Shown: positions 23,337 to 32,512, counted from the first letter of the stretch. The stretch: 64,000 nucleotides of DNA from an uncultured Spirochaetota bacterium (GCA_963768055.1 CAVYGN010000002.1:928001-992000); one strand, 5' to 3'. Made by a program: numbers and translations. The notes: generated by a model not told the origin, from the letters alone.

Positions 23337-23852
23337 ATGGTACCTAAGGATAATTTAAAGAATGCCGCTGCCAGCGAATGGGGTGAAAAGGTTGTAAGCC
23401 TCCGAAGGGCTGCGAAGGTTACGACGGGCGGAAAAAGGTTCCGCTTTAATGCAGTAGTTATTGTCGGTAACGGGAAAGGCATGGTCGGCCTGGGCTATGG
23501 AAAGGCTAATGAACTGGCTGACGCTATAAAAAAAGCGAAGGACAAGGCTATTAAGGCGGCAAGACCGATAAAAATGAAAAATACCACGATACCGCATGAA
23601 GTAACTGGAAAATTTAAAAGCGGCGTTATTTTTTTAAAACCTGCTTCTAAGGGTACCGGAGTTATCGCGGGCGGCGCGGTTAGGCCCGTTTTGGAATTGG
23701 CCGGGATACATGACGTATTGACAAAGTCGTTGCGGTCCACGAATCCGGTGAACCTTGTAAAGGCGACGCTGAATGCACTTTATAATTTAATCGATATTAA
23801 TGAAGTTGCTGCTAAGCGGGGAAAAACCGTACAGGAATTGTTCGGGAACTAA
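23337..23852 (+). CDS. rpsE: 30S ribosomal protein S5 (start moved to ATG 23337)
   Basis: AKVTTGGKRFRF, VGNGKG, GTGVIAGG, NPVNLVKAT; GGAG upstream. Confidence 0.98.
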   Translation: MVPKDNLKNAAASEWGEKVVSLRRAAKVTTGGKRFRFNAVVIVGNGKGMVGLGYGKANELADAIKKAKDKAIKAARPIKMKNTTIPHEVTGKFKSGVIFLKPASKGTGVIAGGAVRPVLELAGIHDVLTKSLRSTNPVNLVKATLNALYNLIDINEVAAKRGKTVQELFGN

Positions 23853-23866
23853 TTTTCGGAGGCAAT

Positions 23867-24316
23867 ATGTCTGTTATTGAAATAAAAGCTGGTATCAACG
23901 CGGGTAAAGACAGGAAAAGAAGGGGCCGGGGTATCGGCAGCGGTAGGGGAGGTCAGAGCGGAAGAGGCGCGAAGGGCCAGAAAGCCAGGTCGGGGGGATC
24001 TATCAGACCCCGTTTTGAAGGCGGGCAGATGCCTCTTTACAGGAGACTCCCTAAAAGAGGGTTTCGAAATATGAATAAGAAATTTTTTAACATTGTAAAT
24101 ATTTCATCTCTGGATGTGTTTGCAGAAGGTTCGGCGGTAGGTATCGAACAACTGGTGGAAAAGGGCCTCGTTAAACCTAATAAATTTCCCGTCAAACTCC
24201 TTGGAGACGGGGAGTTGAAGATCAAGGGGCTTAACCTGACGGTTCATGCCGTTTCTAAGAATTGCCGCGAGAAGATCGAGAAATTGGGCGGTAAAATAGC
24301 CCTCATAGAAGCTTAA
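23867..24316 (+). CDS. rplO: 50S ribosomal protein L15
   Basis: RGRGIGSG, KGQKARSG, FEGGQMPLYRRLPKRGF. Confidence 0.99.
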   Translation: MSVIEIKAGINAGKDRKRRGRGIGSGRGGQSGRGAKGQKARSGGSIRPRFEGGQMPLYRRLPKRGFRNMNKKFFNIVNISSLDVFAEGSAVGIEQLVEKGLVKPNKFPVKLLGDGELKIKGLNLTVHAVSKNCREKIEKLGGKIALIEA

Positions 24317-24338
24317 ACCCCGATAGAGGATATGTTTT

Positions 24339-25661
24339 ATGTTTAATGCCTTAGTTAATCTTTTTAAAGTACCGGAACTCAGGAAAAAACTCCTGTTTAC
24401 GCTGGGCATACTCGTAGTTTACCGGATAGGAGTACAGATCAGCGTTCCAGGGGTCAATATCATCAGGCTTATTGAATCGACAAGAGGGTCGTCGGGTTCG
24501 GACCCCTTTTCGAACTTTTTTAATTTATTTACAGGCGGAGCAAGAGAAAACGCTTCAATATTTTCTCTAGGAGTAATGCCCTATATTACGTCGATGATCA
24601 TAATGCAGCTTTTGAAAGCTGTAGTCCCATCTGTCGACCGTATGCTTAAAGAAGGCCCTGAAGGCAGGAAGAAGTACCAGCAGTACGGAAGGCTCGGGAC
24701 CGTTTTAGTTACCCTTATCCAGGGTGTGATATTCGCCAACGGTCTGATCCAGCAGAACGTCAGGGGATCGTTCCTGATGATCAGCAACACCGCTTTTACC
24801 ATCGTCTTTACTCTATCCGTAACGGCCGGAACTCTTATTCTTATGTGGTTCGGCGAGCAAATAACGGAGAGGGGTATAGGCAACGGGGTTTCATTGATCA
24901 TTATGGCAGGCATAGTAGCCAGGCTTCCTTATGGAATGTACCAGGCGTTTACCGGTGTTAATGCCGGGGCGACCGATCCGATGAGCTTACTCATCGTTTT
25001 CGCATTGTTTGCCGTCGTGATAGGACTTGTTGTTTTCGAAGAACAGGGCTTGCGAAAGATACCGATCCAATATGCGAATCGCGCCGCAGCCGGAGGTTCT
25101 TACGGGGGGCATGTATCATACCTGCCCTTTAAAGTCAACCCGACAGGAGTCATCCCTATAATATTCGCGCAGTCGCTTTTAATGATCCCGATGCAATTCG
25201 AGGGGTGGTTCGGATCAAAAGTTAAATTTTTACAGATGATAGGCGAGCAGATGCATCCGGATAAATTAGGGTATAACGTGGCTTATTTTTTACTTATATT
25301 GTTTTTCGCTTATTTTTATATGGAAATAGAATTAAACCCGCATGACATTGCGGAAAATTTAAGGAAGCAGGGCGGATTTATCCCGGGCGTCAGGCCGGGC
25401 CAAAAAACAGAGGATTTTATTTCTTTCACACTCCGAAGGATAACCCTGCCGGGAGCTATTTTCCTTGGCACTATAGCGCTGATTCCGACAATAGTGGCTC
25501 AGATATTCAATGTGCCTTCCACACTGCGTTATCTTATGGGAGGTACATCGCTGCTGATCATGGTGGGAGTATCTCTTGATACCTTGAAGCAGGTTGAATC
25601 CCACCTGATGATGTACCATTTTGATGGGTTTATAACAAGACCGGCGTCTAAAAAAATATAA
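24339..25661 (+). CDS. secY: Preprotein translocase subunit SecY
   Basis: SIFSLGVMPYIT, GIGNGVSLII, GVIPIIFA, FIPGVRPG, GGTSLLIMVGV. Confidence 0.99.
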   Translation: MFNALVNLFKVPELRKKLLFTLGILVVYRIGVQISVPGVNIIRLIESTRGSSGSDPFSNFFNLFTGGARENASIFSLGVMPYITSMIIMQLLKAVVPSVDRMLKEGPEGRKKYQQYGRLGTVLVTLIQGVIFANGLIQQNVRGSFLMISNTAFTIVFTLSVTAGTLILMWFGEQITERGIGNGVSLIIMAGIVARLPYGMYQAFTGVNAGATDPMSLLIVFALFAVVIGLVVFEEQGLRKIPIQYANRAAAGGSYGGHVSYLPFKVNPTGVIPIIFAQSLLMIPMQFEGWFGSKVKFLQMIGEQMHPDKLGYNVAYFLLILFFAYFYMEIELNPHDIAENLRKQGGFIPGVRPGQKTEDFISFTLRRITLPGAIFLGTIALIPTIVAQIFNVPSTLRYLMGGTSLLIMVGVSLDTLKQVESHLMMYHFDGFITRPASKKI

Positions 25662-25677
25662 TGGCGGAAATTAATAA

Positions 25678-26327
25678 ATGAATAATCTGGCACTTATCGC
25701 CCCTCCGGGCGCCGGGAAAGGCACCCAATCGGAAAAGATATGCTCTAAACTCGGCGTTCCCCACGTATCGACGGGCGATATTTTCAGGGCGATAGTAAAG
25801 GGCACTTACATTGGATCGTTTCCAACACAGGATATATTGAATTATATGAATAAGGGGCTTCTGGTTCCTGATTCAATAGTGGTTGGAATTCTTATTGACA
25901 GGATCAGGCAGGACGACTGTAAGAAAGGTTTCCTGCTCGACGGATTCCCACGGACAGTAGCACAGGGGGAAATATTCGACAGGGAAGCGGGGGACCGGGC
26001 TCTTTCAAGCGTAGTGCTGATTGAAGTAGATAAAGAAAGCCTCTTAAAAAGGCTGACTGGAAGAAGGACCTGCCCCGTTTGCGGCAAACTTTATAATGTT
26101 TTTTTTAATCCCCCGAAATTTGAAAATAAATGCGATGAAGATGGTTCCCCATTGACCATAAGAAGCGACGATAACGCTGAAACGGTAAAGCAGAGGATGG
26201 AAGTATATGAAAAAGAAACTGCCCCTCTTATAGATTTTTACCGAAAAAAAAGATCCTTTATTCTGTTGATGGCAACCGGGATGTGGGTGATGTTTTTAAT
26301 CAAATTATGGAGGTTATTCGCTCTTAA
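25678..26327 (+). CDS. adk: Adenylate kinase; C-terminus frameshifted at an A8 run (restored stop at 26325-26327)
   Basis: [24 protein letters not shown], Zn-LID CPVC...CDED; adding one A at 26244-51 gives [21 protein letters not shown]...RS-stop, overlapping the infA start as TAATG. Confidence 0.95.
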
Positions 26328-26545
26328 TGGACAAAGAAGACGTTATACGTTTTGACGGCATAGTTTTGGAGCAATTGCCCAATGCTATGTTCAGGGTAGA
26401 GCTGGAAAGTAAAAAGCAGATTCTGGCTCATATATCGGGTAAAATGCGTATGAATTATATAAAGATCATACCGGGTGATAAGGTGACCCTTGAAATGTCG
26501 CCGTACGATCTGACTAAAGGAAGGATCGTTTACAGGTATAAATAG
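26327..26545 (+). CDS. infA: Translation initiation factor IF-1
   Basis: [36 protein letters not shown] upstream. Confidence 0.99.
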   Translation: MDKEDVIRFDGIVLEQLPNAMFRVELESKKQILAHISGKMRMNYIKIIPGDKVTLEMSPYDLTKGRIVYRYK

Positions 26546-26554
26546 GAGAAAATT

Positions 26555-26683
26555 ATGAAGGTAAGATCGTCGGTCAAACCGATGTGTGAAAAATGCAGAG
26601 TTATCCGCAGGCATGGCCTTGTAATGGTAATATGTGAAAATCCCAAGCATAAACAGAGGCAGATGGGTGATAAAAGAAAATAA
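26555..26683 (+). CDS. rpmJ: 50S ribosomal protein L36, C+ type (not in ORF track)
   Basis: Hand translation [47 protein letters not shown] upstream. Confidence 0.97.
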   Translation: MKVRSSVKPMCEKCRVIRRHGLVMVICENPKHKQRQMGDKRK

Positions 26684-26704
26684 AATGAGCAAAGGAGGCT
26701 ACTA

Positions 26705-27073
26705 GTGGCTAGAATCGCGGGAAGAGAAGTACCCGGCAATAAGGCTGTTTTTATTGGTTTGACATATATTTATGGAATAGGAAGGCATAATTCCTCGAAG
26801 ATAGTTGAAATGGCAAAAATAGATCCGGTCAAGAAGGTCAAAGATTTGAGCGAAGACGAGCTTGCAAGAATCAGAGACGTGATAGAAGACCATTTTAAGG
26901 TTGAAGGCGATCTAAGAACCGAAGTTGCAATGAATATTAAGCGCCTTATAGATATAGGCTGTTACAGAGGCATGAGACATAAGAAGGGATTGCCGGTAAG
27001 AGGCCAGAGGACGCGTACTAACGCGAGGTCCTGGAAAGGCCCGCGTTCTAACGCGATAGGTAAAAAGAAATAA
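26705..27073 (+). CDS. rpsM: 30S ribosomal protein S13 (GTG start)
   Basis: [32 protein letters not shown]. Confidence 0.99.
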   Translation: MARIAGREVPGNKAVFIGLTYIYGIGRHNSSKIVEMAKIDPVKKVKDLSEDELARIRDVIEDHFKVEGDLRTEVAMNIKRLIDIGCYRGMRHKKGLPVRGQRTRTNARSWKGPRSNAIGKKK

Positions 27074-27099
27074 AGAATAACGGAGGATAGATAGTATTA

Positions 27100-27495
27100 A
27101 TGGCGAAAAAGGCAGCACCGGTCGCAAAGAAGAGGAAGGAAAAGAAAAGCGTACTCGAAGGCATAGCCAATATCAAAGCGACTTTTAACAATACGATTAT
27201 AAATATCACCGATCTTAATGGAAATTCCGTTTCCTGGGCAAGTTCCGGGAGCGTAGGTTTCAAAGGGACAAAAAAAGGGACTCCCTACGCCGCGCAGCTT
27301 GCCGCGGAAAAAGCGGTGGAACAGGCGAAATATCATGGGGTTCAATACCTGCATATACGTCTTAAAGGTCCGGGACCTGGAAGAGAATCGGCGATAAGAG
27401 CGCTGGATGCCGCCGGTTTAAAGATTAAAACGTTGAGAGATATTACCCCGATCCCCCACAACGGCTGCAGGCCCAGAAAAAAGAGAAGAGTATAA
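27100..27495 (+). CDS. rpsK: 30S ribosomal protein S11
   Basis: [39 protein letters not shown]. Confidence 0.99.
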   Translation: MAKKAAPVAKKRKEKKSVLEGIANIKATFNNTIINITDLNGNSVSWASSGSVGFKGTKKGTPYAAQLAAEKAVEQAKYHGVQYLHIRLKGPGPGRESAIRALDAAGLKIKTLRDITPIPHNGCRPRKKRRV

Positions 27496-27509
27496 GCGAG
27501 GTTATAGAT

Positions 27510-28142
27510 ATGGGAAGATATATAGGTCCGTCATGCCGGTTGTGCCGGAGAGAGGGTTTAAGGCTTTTTTTAAAGGGCGATAAATGTTATTCGCCGGCAT
27601 GCACGCTTAACAAAAAATCAAGCGCGCCCGGAAAAGTTTCGAAATTCAAGAAAAAACCGACAGAATACGCCACCCAGCTTCGTGAAAAGCAGAAGGTAAA
27701 AAGATATTACGGTCTTTTCGAGAGGCAATTCAGGAGATATTTCGAAATGGCGACCGAGCATAAAGGAGTAACAGGCGAAATCCTTCTCCAGCTTCTGGAG
27801 AGGCGGCTCGACAGCTTGATCCACAAAGCCGGGTTCGCACCGTCAAAAAAATGTGCGAGACAGCTGGTCCTGCATGGCCATATAAAAGTAAACGGCAATA
27901 AGATAGATGTTCCTTCTTACATTGTTAATCCAGGTGAAGAAATAGTTATCGATGATAAGTCTAAGAACCTCGATCTTATTGTTAGGTCGATAGAGTCATC
28001 TCAAAACAAGGTAATGCCGCCCTGGCTGGAGATCGACAGCAAGAACCTGAAGATCAAAATGACAGGTATTCCTGCCCGGCTTGAGATAAATCCTGAAATA
28101 GATATAAAAGAACAGCTCATTGTCGAGCTTTATTCGAAATAG
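27510..28142 (+). CDS. rpsD: 30S ribosomal protein S4
   Basis: CRLCRREG, QLREKQK, LERRLD, ARQLVLHGH, IVELYSK. Confidence 0.99.
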   Translation: MGRYIGPSCRLCRREGLRLFLKGDKCYSPACTLNKKSSAPGKVSKFKKKPTEYATQLREKQKVKRYYGLFERQFRRYFEMATEHKGVTGEILLQLLERRLDSLIHKAGFAPSKKCARQLVLHGHIKVNGNKIDVPSYIVNPGEEIVIDDKSKNLDLIVRSIESSQNKVMPPWLEIDSKNLKIKMTGIPARLEINPEIDIKEQLIVELYSK

Positions 28143-28178
28143 TGAGAAAGTTCTTTTTAAAGTATATGGAGGAATGAA

Positions 28179-29204
28179 ATGTCTCAAAAAGGGTTATTAA
28201 AAGATATCATGCTGCCTTATGAGATAAAATATGAAAAATACTCCTATACCCCTTCTTACGGTAAATTCGTAATATATCCGTTCGAGAAAGGGGTTGGAGC
28301 AACTATAGCGAATTCTTTGAGGAGAGTGCTTCTCAGTTCGATACCCGGATATGCGATAACTTCAATAAAGGTCGAGGGTATCAACCATGAATTCGAACCT
28401 ATAAAGGGTGTAAAAGAGGATTTGACGGATATTATCCTCGCGATCAAAAAGATCAAACTATTGCTGAACGATGGAAGCGAAAAAAAGATAATACGTGTAA
28501 CGAAATCAGGGAAGGGAGAGCTGATGGCGAAGGATTTCGCCGTAGACTCGACAGTTGAGATCGTTAACGGAGATCTTAAAATAGCGACCCTGAACAGCGA
28601 TGCCGATCTATCGATGGATGTTCAGATAGAGTACGGCAGGGGATACCGTTCAGCCGAGGACCTGTTCGATTCGAATTCTGTCATATCCGTAATACCCGTA
28701 GATTCGATATTTTCACCGGTAGTCAGGGTAAATTACATAATAGAGGATTTCAGGGTCGGTGAAAAGACTGACTGTGAAAAGATAGTCCTTGAAGTCTGGA
28801 CATCGGGAGCCATACCGCCTCTCGATGCGGTTTCAAAATCGGCATCGATTTTAAAGAAATATTTTTCGCTCCTGACCGAATTTGAACCTGAAGAGGAAGA
28901 GGGCGAACCCGGAGAAGCACTTGACGCATCGGCGACAAGTGATATACTCGCGAAACCGATTACCGAACTTGACCTTTCAGTGCGTTCATTTAATTGTCTG
29001 AAAAGTTCGAATATCAATACGATAGGCGATCTCATGCACTTTGACAAGGATGCATTGATGAAGATAAAGAATTTCGGTAAAAAATCTTTTACTGAAATTT
29101 CAGAAAAGCTTCAGATTTTCGGTCTGACCCTTGAAGAAAATGCCGAAGGTCCGGAAAGCGGGGCCGAGGATAGTATAATGGAAGATTTTGAGGAAGGAGA
29201 ATAA
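28179..29204 (+). CDS. rpoA: DNA-directed RNA polymerase subunit alpha
   Basis: PFEKG..TIANSLRRVLLSS, FSPVVRVNY, CTD LSVRSFNCLK...KNFGKKS. Confidence 0.99.
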   Translation: MSQKGLLKDIMLPYEIKYEKYSYTPSYGKFVIYPFEKGVGATIANSLRRVLLSSIPGYAITSIKVEGINHEFEPIKGVKEDLTDIILAIKKIKLLLNDGSEKKIIRVTKSGKGELMAKDFAVDSTVEIVNGDLKIATLNSDADLSMDVQIEYGRGYRSAEDLFDSNSVISVIPVDSIFSPVVRVNYIIEDFRVGEKTDCEKIVLEVWTSGAIPPLDAVSKSASILKKYFSLLTEFEPEEEEGEPGEALDASATSDILAKPITELDLSVRSFNCLKSSNINTIGDLMHFDKDALMKIKNFGKKSFTEISEKLQIFGLTLEENAEGPESGAEDSIMEDFEEGE

Positions 29205-29206
29205 GT

Positions 29207-29707
29207 ATGAGGCATGGGGATAAAGTCAGAAAACTGAGCAGAAATACTTCGCATCGAAAGGCGCTCCTCAGGAATCTTGCAGCCTCACTGTTTAAATATG
29301 AAAACATTCAAACAACAGTAGAAAAGGCAAAAGTGTTAAGGCCTTATGCCGAAAAGATCATTACAAAGGCAAAGACCGACTCCCTGCCTTCTAAAAGGGC
29401 GGTTAACAGGGATATTAAAGACAGGACGATATTAAAAAAACTTTTCGAGGATATAGGCCTCCGGTATAAGAACCGAAACGGGGGGTATACCAGGATATAC
29501 AAGCTTGGGAAACGAATATCAGACGGAACGGAAATGGCGATGATCGAACTTGTCGAAGAGTCGCTTGTAAAAGAAGCCCCGTCCGGTACAAAATTGGCCG
29601 GCACCGCTCCTGTTGCAGAAACAAGCGATGAAAAAACGGAAGTTAAGAAAAGCGCCCCCAGGAAAAGAAAAACAGCGGTGAAAAAAACCGAAAAGAAAGG
29701 GGAATAA
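29207..29707 (+). CDS. rplQ: 50S ribosomal protein L17 with charged C-terminal tail
   Basis: MRH...SHRKALLRN, TTVEKAK, RNGGYTRI. Confidence 0.99.
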   Translation: MRHGDKVRKLSRNTSHRKALLRNLAASLFKYENIQTTVEKAKVLRPYAEKIITKAKTDSLPSKRAVNRDIKDRTILKKLFEDIGLRYKNRNGGYTRIYKLGKRISDGTEMAMIELVEESLVKEAPSGTKLAGTAPVAETSDEKTEVKKSAPRKRKTAVKKTEKKGE

Positions 29708-29715
29708 TTAAGTTC

Positions 29716-29849
29716 AGGGCACTTCTAAAAACCCCCGGACAAGCCGGGATAAACGCCTTTTTAAGGCGGCAAGGTAGTGCCCATTGGGCGGTTTCATTAC
29801 GATTAGAATATCATTTATTAATAATAAAGTGAGTTTTTGGAACCGCCCT
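29716..29849. repeat. Nested inverted-repeat (MITE/REP-like) element between convergent rplQ and hom
   Basis: AGGGCACTTCTAAAAAC (29716-32) vs GTTTTTGGAACCGCCCT (29833-49), 14/17 complementary; also GGGCACT/AGTGCCC and GGGCGGTT/AACCGCCC stems plus inner hairpins. Confidence 0.55.
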
Positions 29850-31136
29850 TCATTCCATTATCCTTATCTTGACGCCCCTCTGTTTGGAAAAATAAAGTTT
29901 CTCTATTTCATCGAAGGCTTTTACTATGTTTTTTTCAAATGCCGCGTGAGTGGTCATTATTATCGGGACATAATCGGTCTTGCTCCTTTCTTTCTGAATA
30001 ACTGAAGCGATGCTAATATTATTGTCGCCGAATATACCCGATATTTTTGAGAGGACCCCGGGCTTATCAAGAACATTAAACCTTACATAATACCTTGTCT
30101 CGATATCACCGATGATTTTAAGCGGATAATTATTGAAACAGCGGTACCGGAGACTTGAAACCGGGCCGGGGATCGATTTTGCGATATCGATTATATCTGC
30201 GACAACGGCGCTAGCGGTCGGCAGAGATCCCGCACCCTTGCCGTAGTACATGGAATTGCCGAGATAAGCGCTTTCAATCAGTACTGCGTTGAATTCGTTC
30301 CTGACAAATGAAAGCTGGTTCTCCTTCGGAACAAGAGTGGGGTTGACCCTGACTTCTACGGTCTTATCGGGATCGAGTTTCGCTATCGCCAGGAGCTTAA
30401 GTACGTAACCGAGTTCGGCGGCGTTTTTAATGTCCTTTAGATGGATACTTGAGATTCCTTCGACATATACATCCTCAAACCTGATACAGGTGTTGTAGGC
30501 GAGTTCTGCTAAAATTGTAATCTTGTGGGCCGCGTCAGTTCCGCTTACGTCAAGAGTAGGGTCGGTCTCGGCGAAGCCTAGTTTCTGCGCCTCTTTTAGC
30601 GCCATAGTGAAATTTAAATTATCCTCGAACATCCTGGTTAAAATATAATTTGTAGTCCCGTTCACTATGCCGTAGATTGAATATATATTATCTCCTACGA
30701 GGGCGTCGCTTACTGTCCTGATTATCGGTATTCCTCCGCATACGCTGGCCTCGAAACCGATTGAAAGATTACGCTCACTGGCGAGTTCGAAAAGAGCGAG
30801 GCCTTTTTCTGCGAGGAGGGCTTTATTAGCCGTTACAACATTCTTGCCTGCCTTCAAAGCCTCTTCTATCAGGGTATATGCGAAACCTGTACCTCCAGCC
30901 AGTTCTATGATTACGTCGATTTTTTTATCATTCAAGGCCTCATGATAATCCGTAATCTTCTTTGCGCGTTTGATTTCGACGTTCCTGGGGGTATCCCAAT
31001 CCTTATCCGCAACATATTTCAAAAAGAGTTCGATCCCGGTCTTTTTCCTGATCGCTTCGAAATCTTCCTCGAGGATCTTTACAACACCGCTTCCTATTGT
31101 GCCGAAACCGACTAATGCAATCCCGATCCCGGGCAT
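29850..31136 (-). CDS. hom: Homoserine dehydrogenase with C-terminal ACT domain
   Basis: [50 protein letters not shown]. Confidence 0.97.
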   Translation of the reverse strand: MPGIGIALVGFGTIGSGVVKILEEDFEAIRKKTGIELFLKYVADKDWDTPRNVEIKRAKKITDYHEALNDKKIDVIIELAGGTGFAYTLIEEALKAGKNVVTANKALLAEKGLALFELASERNLSIGFEASVCGGIPIIRTVSDALVGDNIYSIYGIVNGTTNYILTRMFEDNLNFTMALKEAQKLGFAETDPTLDVSGTDAAHKITILAELAYNTCIRFEDVYVEGISSIHLKDIKNAAELGYVLKLLAIAKLDPDKTVEVRVNPTLVPKENQLSFVRNEFNAVLIESAYLGNSMYYGKGAGSLPTASAVVADIIDIAKSIPGPVSSLRYRCFNNYPLKIIGDIETRYYVRFNVLDKPGVLSKISGIFGDNNISIASVIQKERSKTDYVPIIMTTHAAFEKNIVKAFDEIEKLYFSKQRGVKIRIME

Positions 31137-31277
31137 ATAAACCTCCTGGCGAGTTTAAAATTCCCGAATACAATCGGATATTATAAAATTTTTAATGAAA
31201 ATTCGCAATTCGGCAGGGGATCGGAGGAAAGATTGAGGAGAAGAATTTTAAATAAATATAAATCCAAATTTTTATTA

Positions 31278-31307
31278 CTCTGCGTTCTTTGCGGCTCTGC
31301 GGTGAAA
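31278..31307. repeat. Short CT(C/T)TGCG-unit intergenic repeat
   Basis: CTCTGCGTT-CTTTGCGG-CTCTGCGGTGAAA; related copies at 31951-61, 59286-314 and 59357-398. Confidence 0.6.
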
Positions 31308-31318
31308 TTATTCTTACA

Positions 31319-31894
31319 TCAGGAATTAATTTTTCTAAGCAGCCAGGCGAAGTTTTTACCGAGCTCCTTCATTGTCTCAATACCTTCATTATCGCCCTCC
31401 ACATCACCGATCTCACGTCCTATGCCTATATTCCAGTATATCGAACCCGGTACTATCATTCCTCCGATCAGGAAGAAATGGTTTATAGTGTCGAAGGCAT
31501 GCAACGCCCCCGTGCGCCTGACCGCGACGACAGCCGCTCCGGCTTTTCGTTTGAACATCCTGTCGTTTGCCCTTGAGACAAAACCGGTCCTGTCGATAAG
31601 GGCTTTCGTTTCAGATGTAACATCCGCGAAATAAGTTGGAGATCCTATAATAATGCCGTCCGCTTCGATCATTTTCTCAATACAAACGTTAGCGACGTCG
31701 TCTTTTACAACGCATTTTTTGTCTTTATTTTGAAAACATTTGTAACAGGCCCTGCAGCCATGGAGTTTTTTCCCGGCAAGCTGGTAAAGCTCAGTTTCAA
31801 GTCCTTGATTTTCTATTTCTTTCAATACGGTCCGCAGCAGTATTGCCGTATTGCCGTCTTTTCTTGCGCTTCCGTTAAATGCGATGACTTTCAT
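31319..31894 (-). CDS. Flavodoxin-like iron-sulfur flavoprotein / NADPH-dependent FMN reductase family
   Basis: NGSARKDGNT, CRACYKC...C cluster motif, GSPTYF, KALIDR. Confidence 0.9.
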   Translation of the reverse strand: MKVIAFNGSARKDGNTAILLRTVLKEIENQGLETELYQLAGKKLHGCRACYKCFQNKDKKCVVKDDVANVCIEKMIEADGIIIGSPTYFADVTSETKALIDRTGFVSRANDRMFKRKAGAAVVAVRRTGALHAFDTINHFFLIGGMIVPGSIYWNIGIGREIGDVEGDNEGIETMKELGKNFAWLLRKINS

Positions 31895-31930
31895 AAATTT
31901 ATCTCCTTACAATTTACTTCCGGATATATT

Positions 31931-31959
31931 ATTATAGCAGAAATTAGGGCTCACCGCAA
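31931..31959 (-). promoter_or_regulatory. Sigma70 promoter of the flavoprotein gene
   Basis: Minus strand TTGCGG, 17 nt, TATAAT with an extended -10 (TGC). Confidence 0.55.
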
Positions 31960-32000
31960 AGAGGTGTCTCTGTGCCTGCTTGTAAATCCTAACGATAAGT

Positions 32001-32029
32001 TTGATTTTAGCCGGCTCGGTAATTATAAT
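32001..32029 (+). promoter_or_regulatory. Sigma70 promoter, probably giving a leaderless mRNA for the recombinase-like gene
   Basis: TTGATT (32001-06), 17 nt, TATAAT (32024-29); ATG only 6 nt further on and no SD. Confidence 0.6.
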
Positions 32030-32035
32030 TTGCCT

Positions 32036-32512
32036 ATGGATAATAAAGAAGTACTTACCAGGGAAGAGGTCAGACGCCTGATAGAATCGGATCAAAACCC
32101 GAAAATAAGGCTGATGCTTATACTTGCCTATTCCGCCGGGCTCACGATAGAAGAGATCCAGGCTCTGAAACCCGGGGATATTGATTTTAATAGGAAAGCC
32201 GTTCATATAAAAAAAGGGATCGATAATTCCGGACGGACTGTCGATTTAAGTCAAAACATACTCGACCTGGTAAAACCTTACATAGAAATTTACAGGCCTA
32301 CTGCGAGGCTTTTCCCCGGCGGCGATTCGGTTTCTGAAATCACCGAGGGAGCTGTCAGGAACATTTTCAGGGACGCGATGCTCAAAGCCGGGATTAAAAA
32401 AGACGCCGGGATAGAGATACTCAGGCGAAGCATTTCAGCCCACCTCATGGAAAGCGGCGCAAGTAAAGAGGAAATCCGCCGGCTGCTGGGCGATCGGATT
32501 AAGACGGTTTGA
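32036..32512 (+). CDS. Tyrosine-recombinase catalytic-domain homolog, apparently catalytically inactive (158 aa)
   Basis: VLTREEVRRLI, LAYSAGL, L.PGDIDF, LFPG, AGIKK, LRRS..AHLMESG, LLG; catalytic positions altered and Tyr absent. Confidence 0.8.
   Translation: MDNKEVLTREEVRRLIESDQNPKIRLMLILAYSAGLTIEEIQALKPGDIDFNRKAVHIKKGIDNSGRTVDLSQNILDLVKPYIEIYRPTARLFPGGDSVSEITEGAVRNIFRDAMLKAGIKKDAGIEILRRSISAHLMESGASKEEIRRLLGDRIKTV

Noticed and set aside
828..29624. Many minus-strand and off-frame ORFs over ribosomal, rpo, fusA and tuf genes
   Set aside because: Shadow ORFs of conserved genes with no recognisable motifs.
31730..32035. 102-aa N-terminal extension of the recombinase-like ORF in the ORF track
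   Set aside because: It overlaps the flavoprotein gene on the opposite strand and both promoters; family resemblance begins only at ATG 32036.
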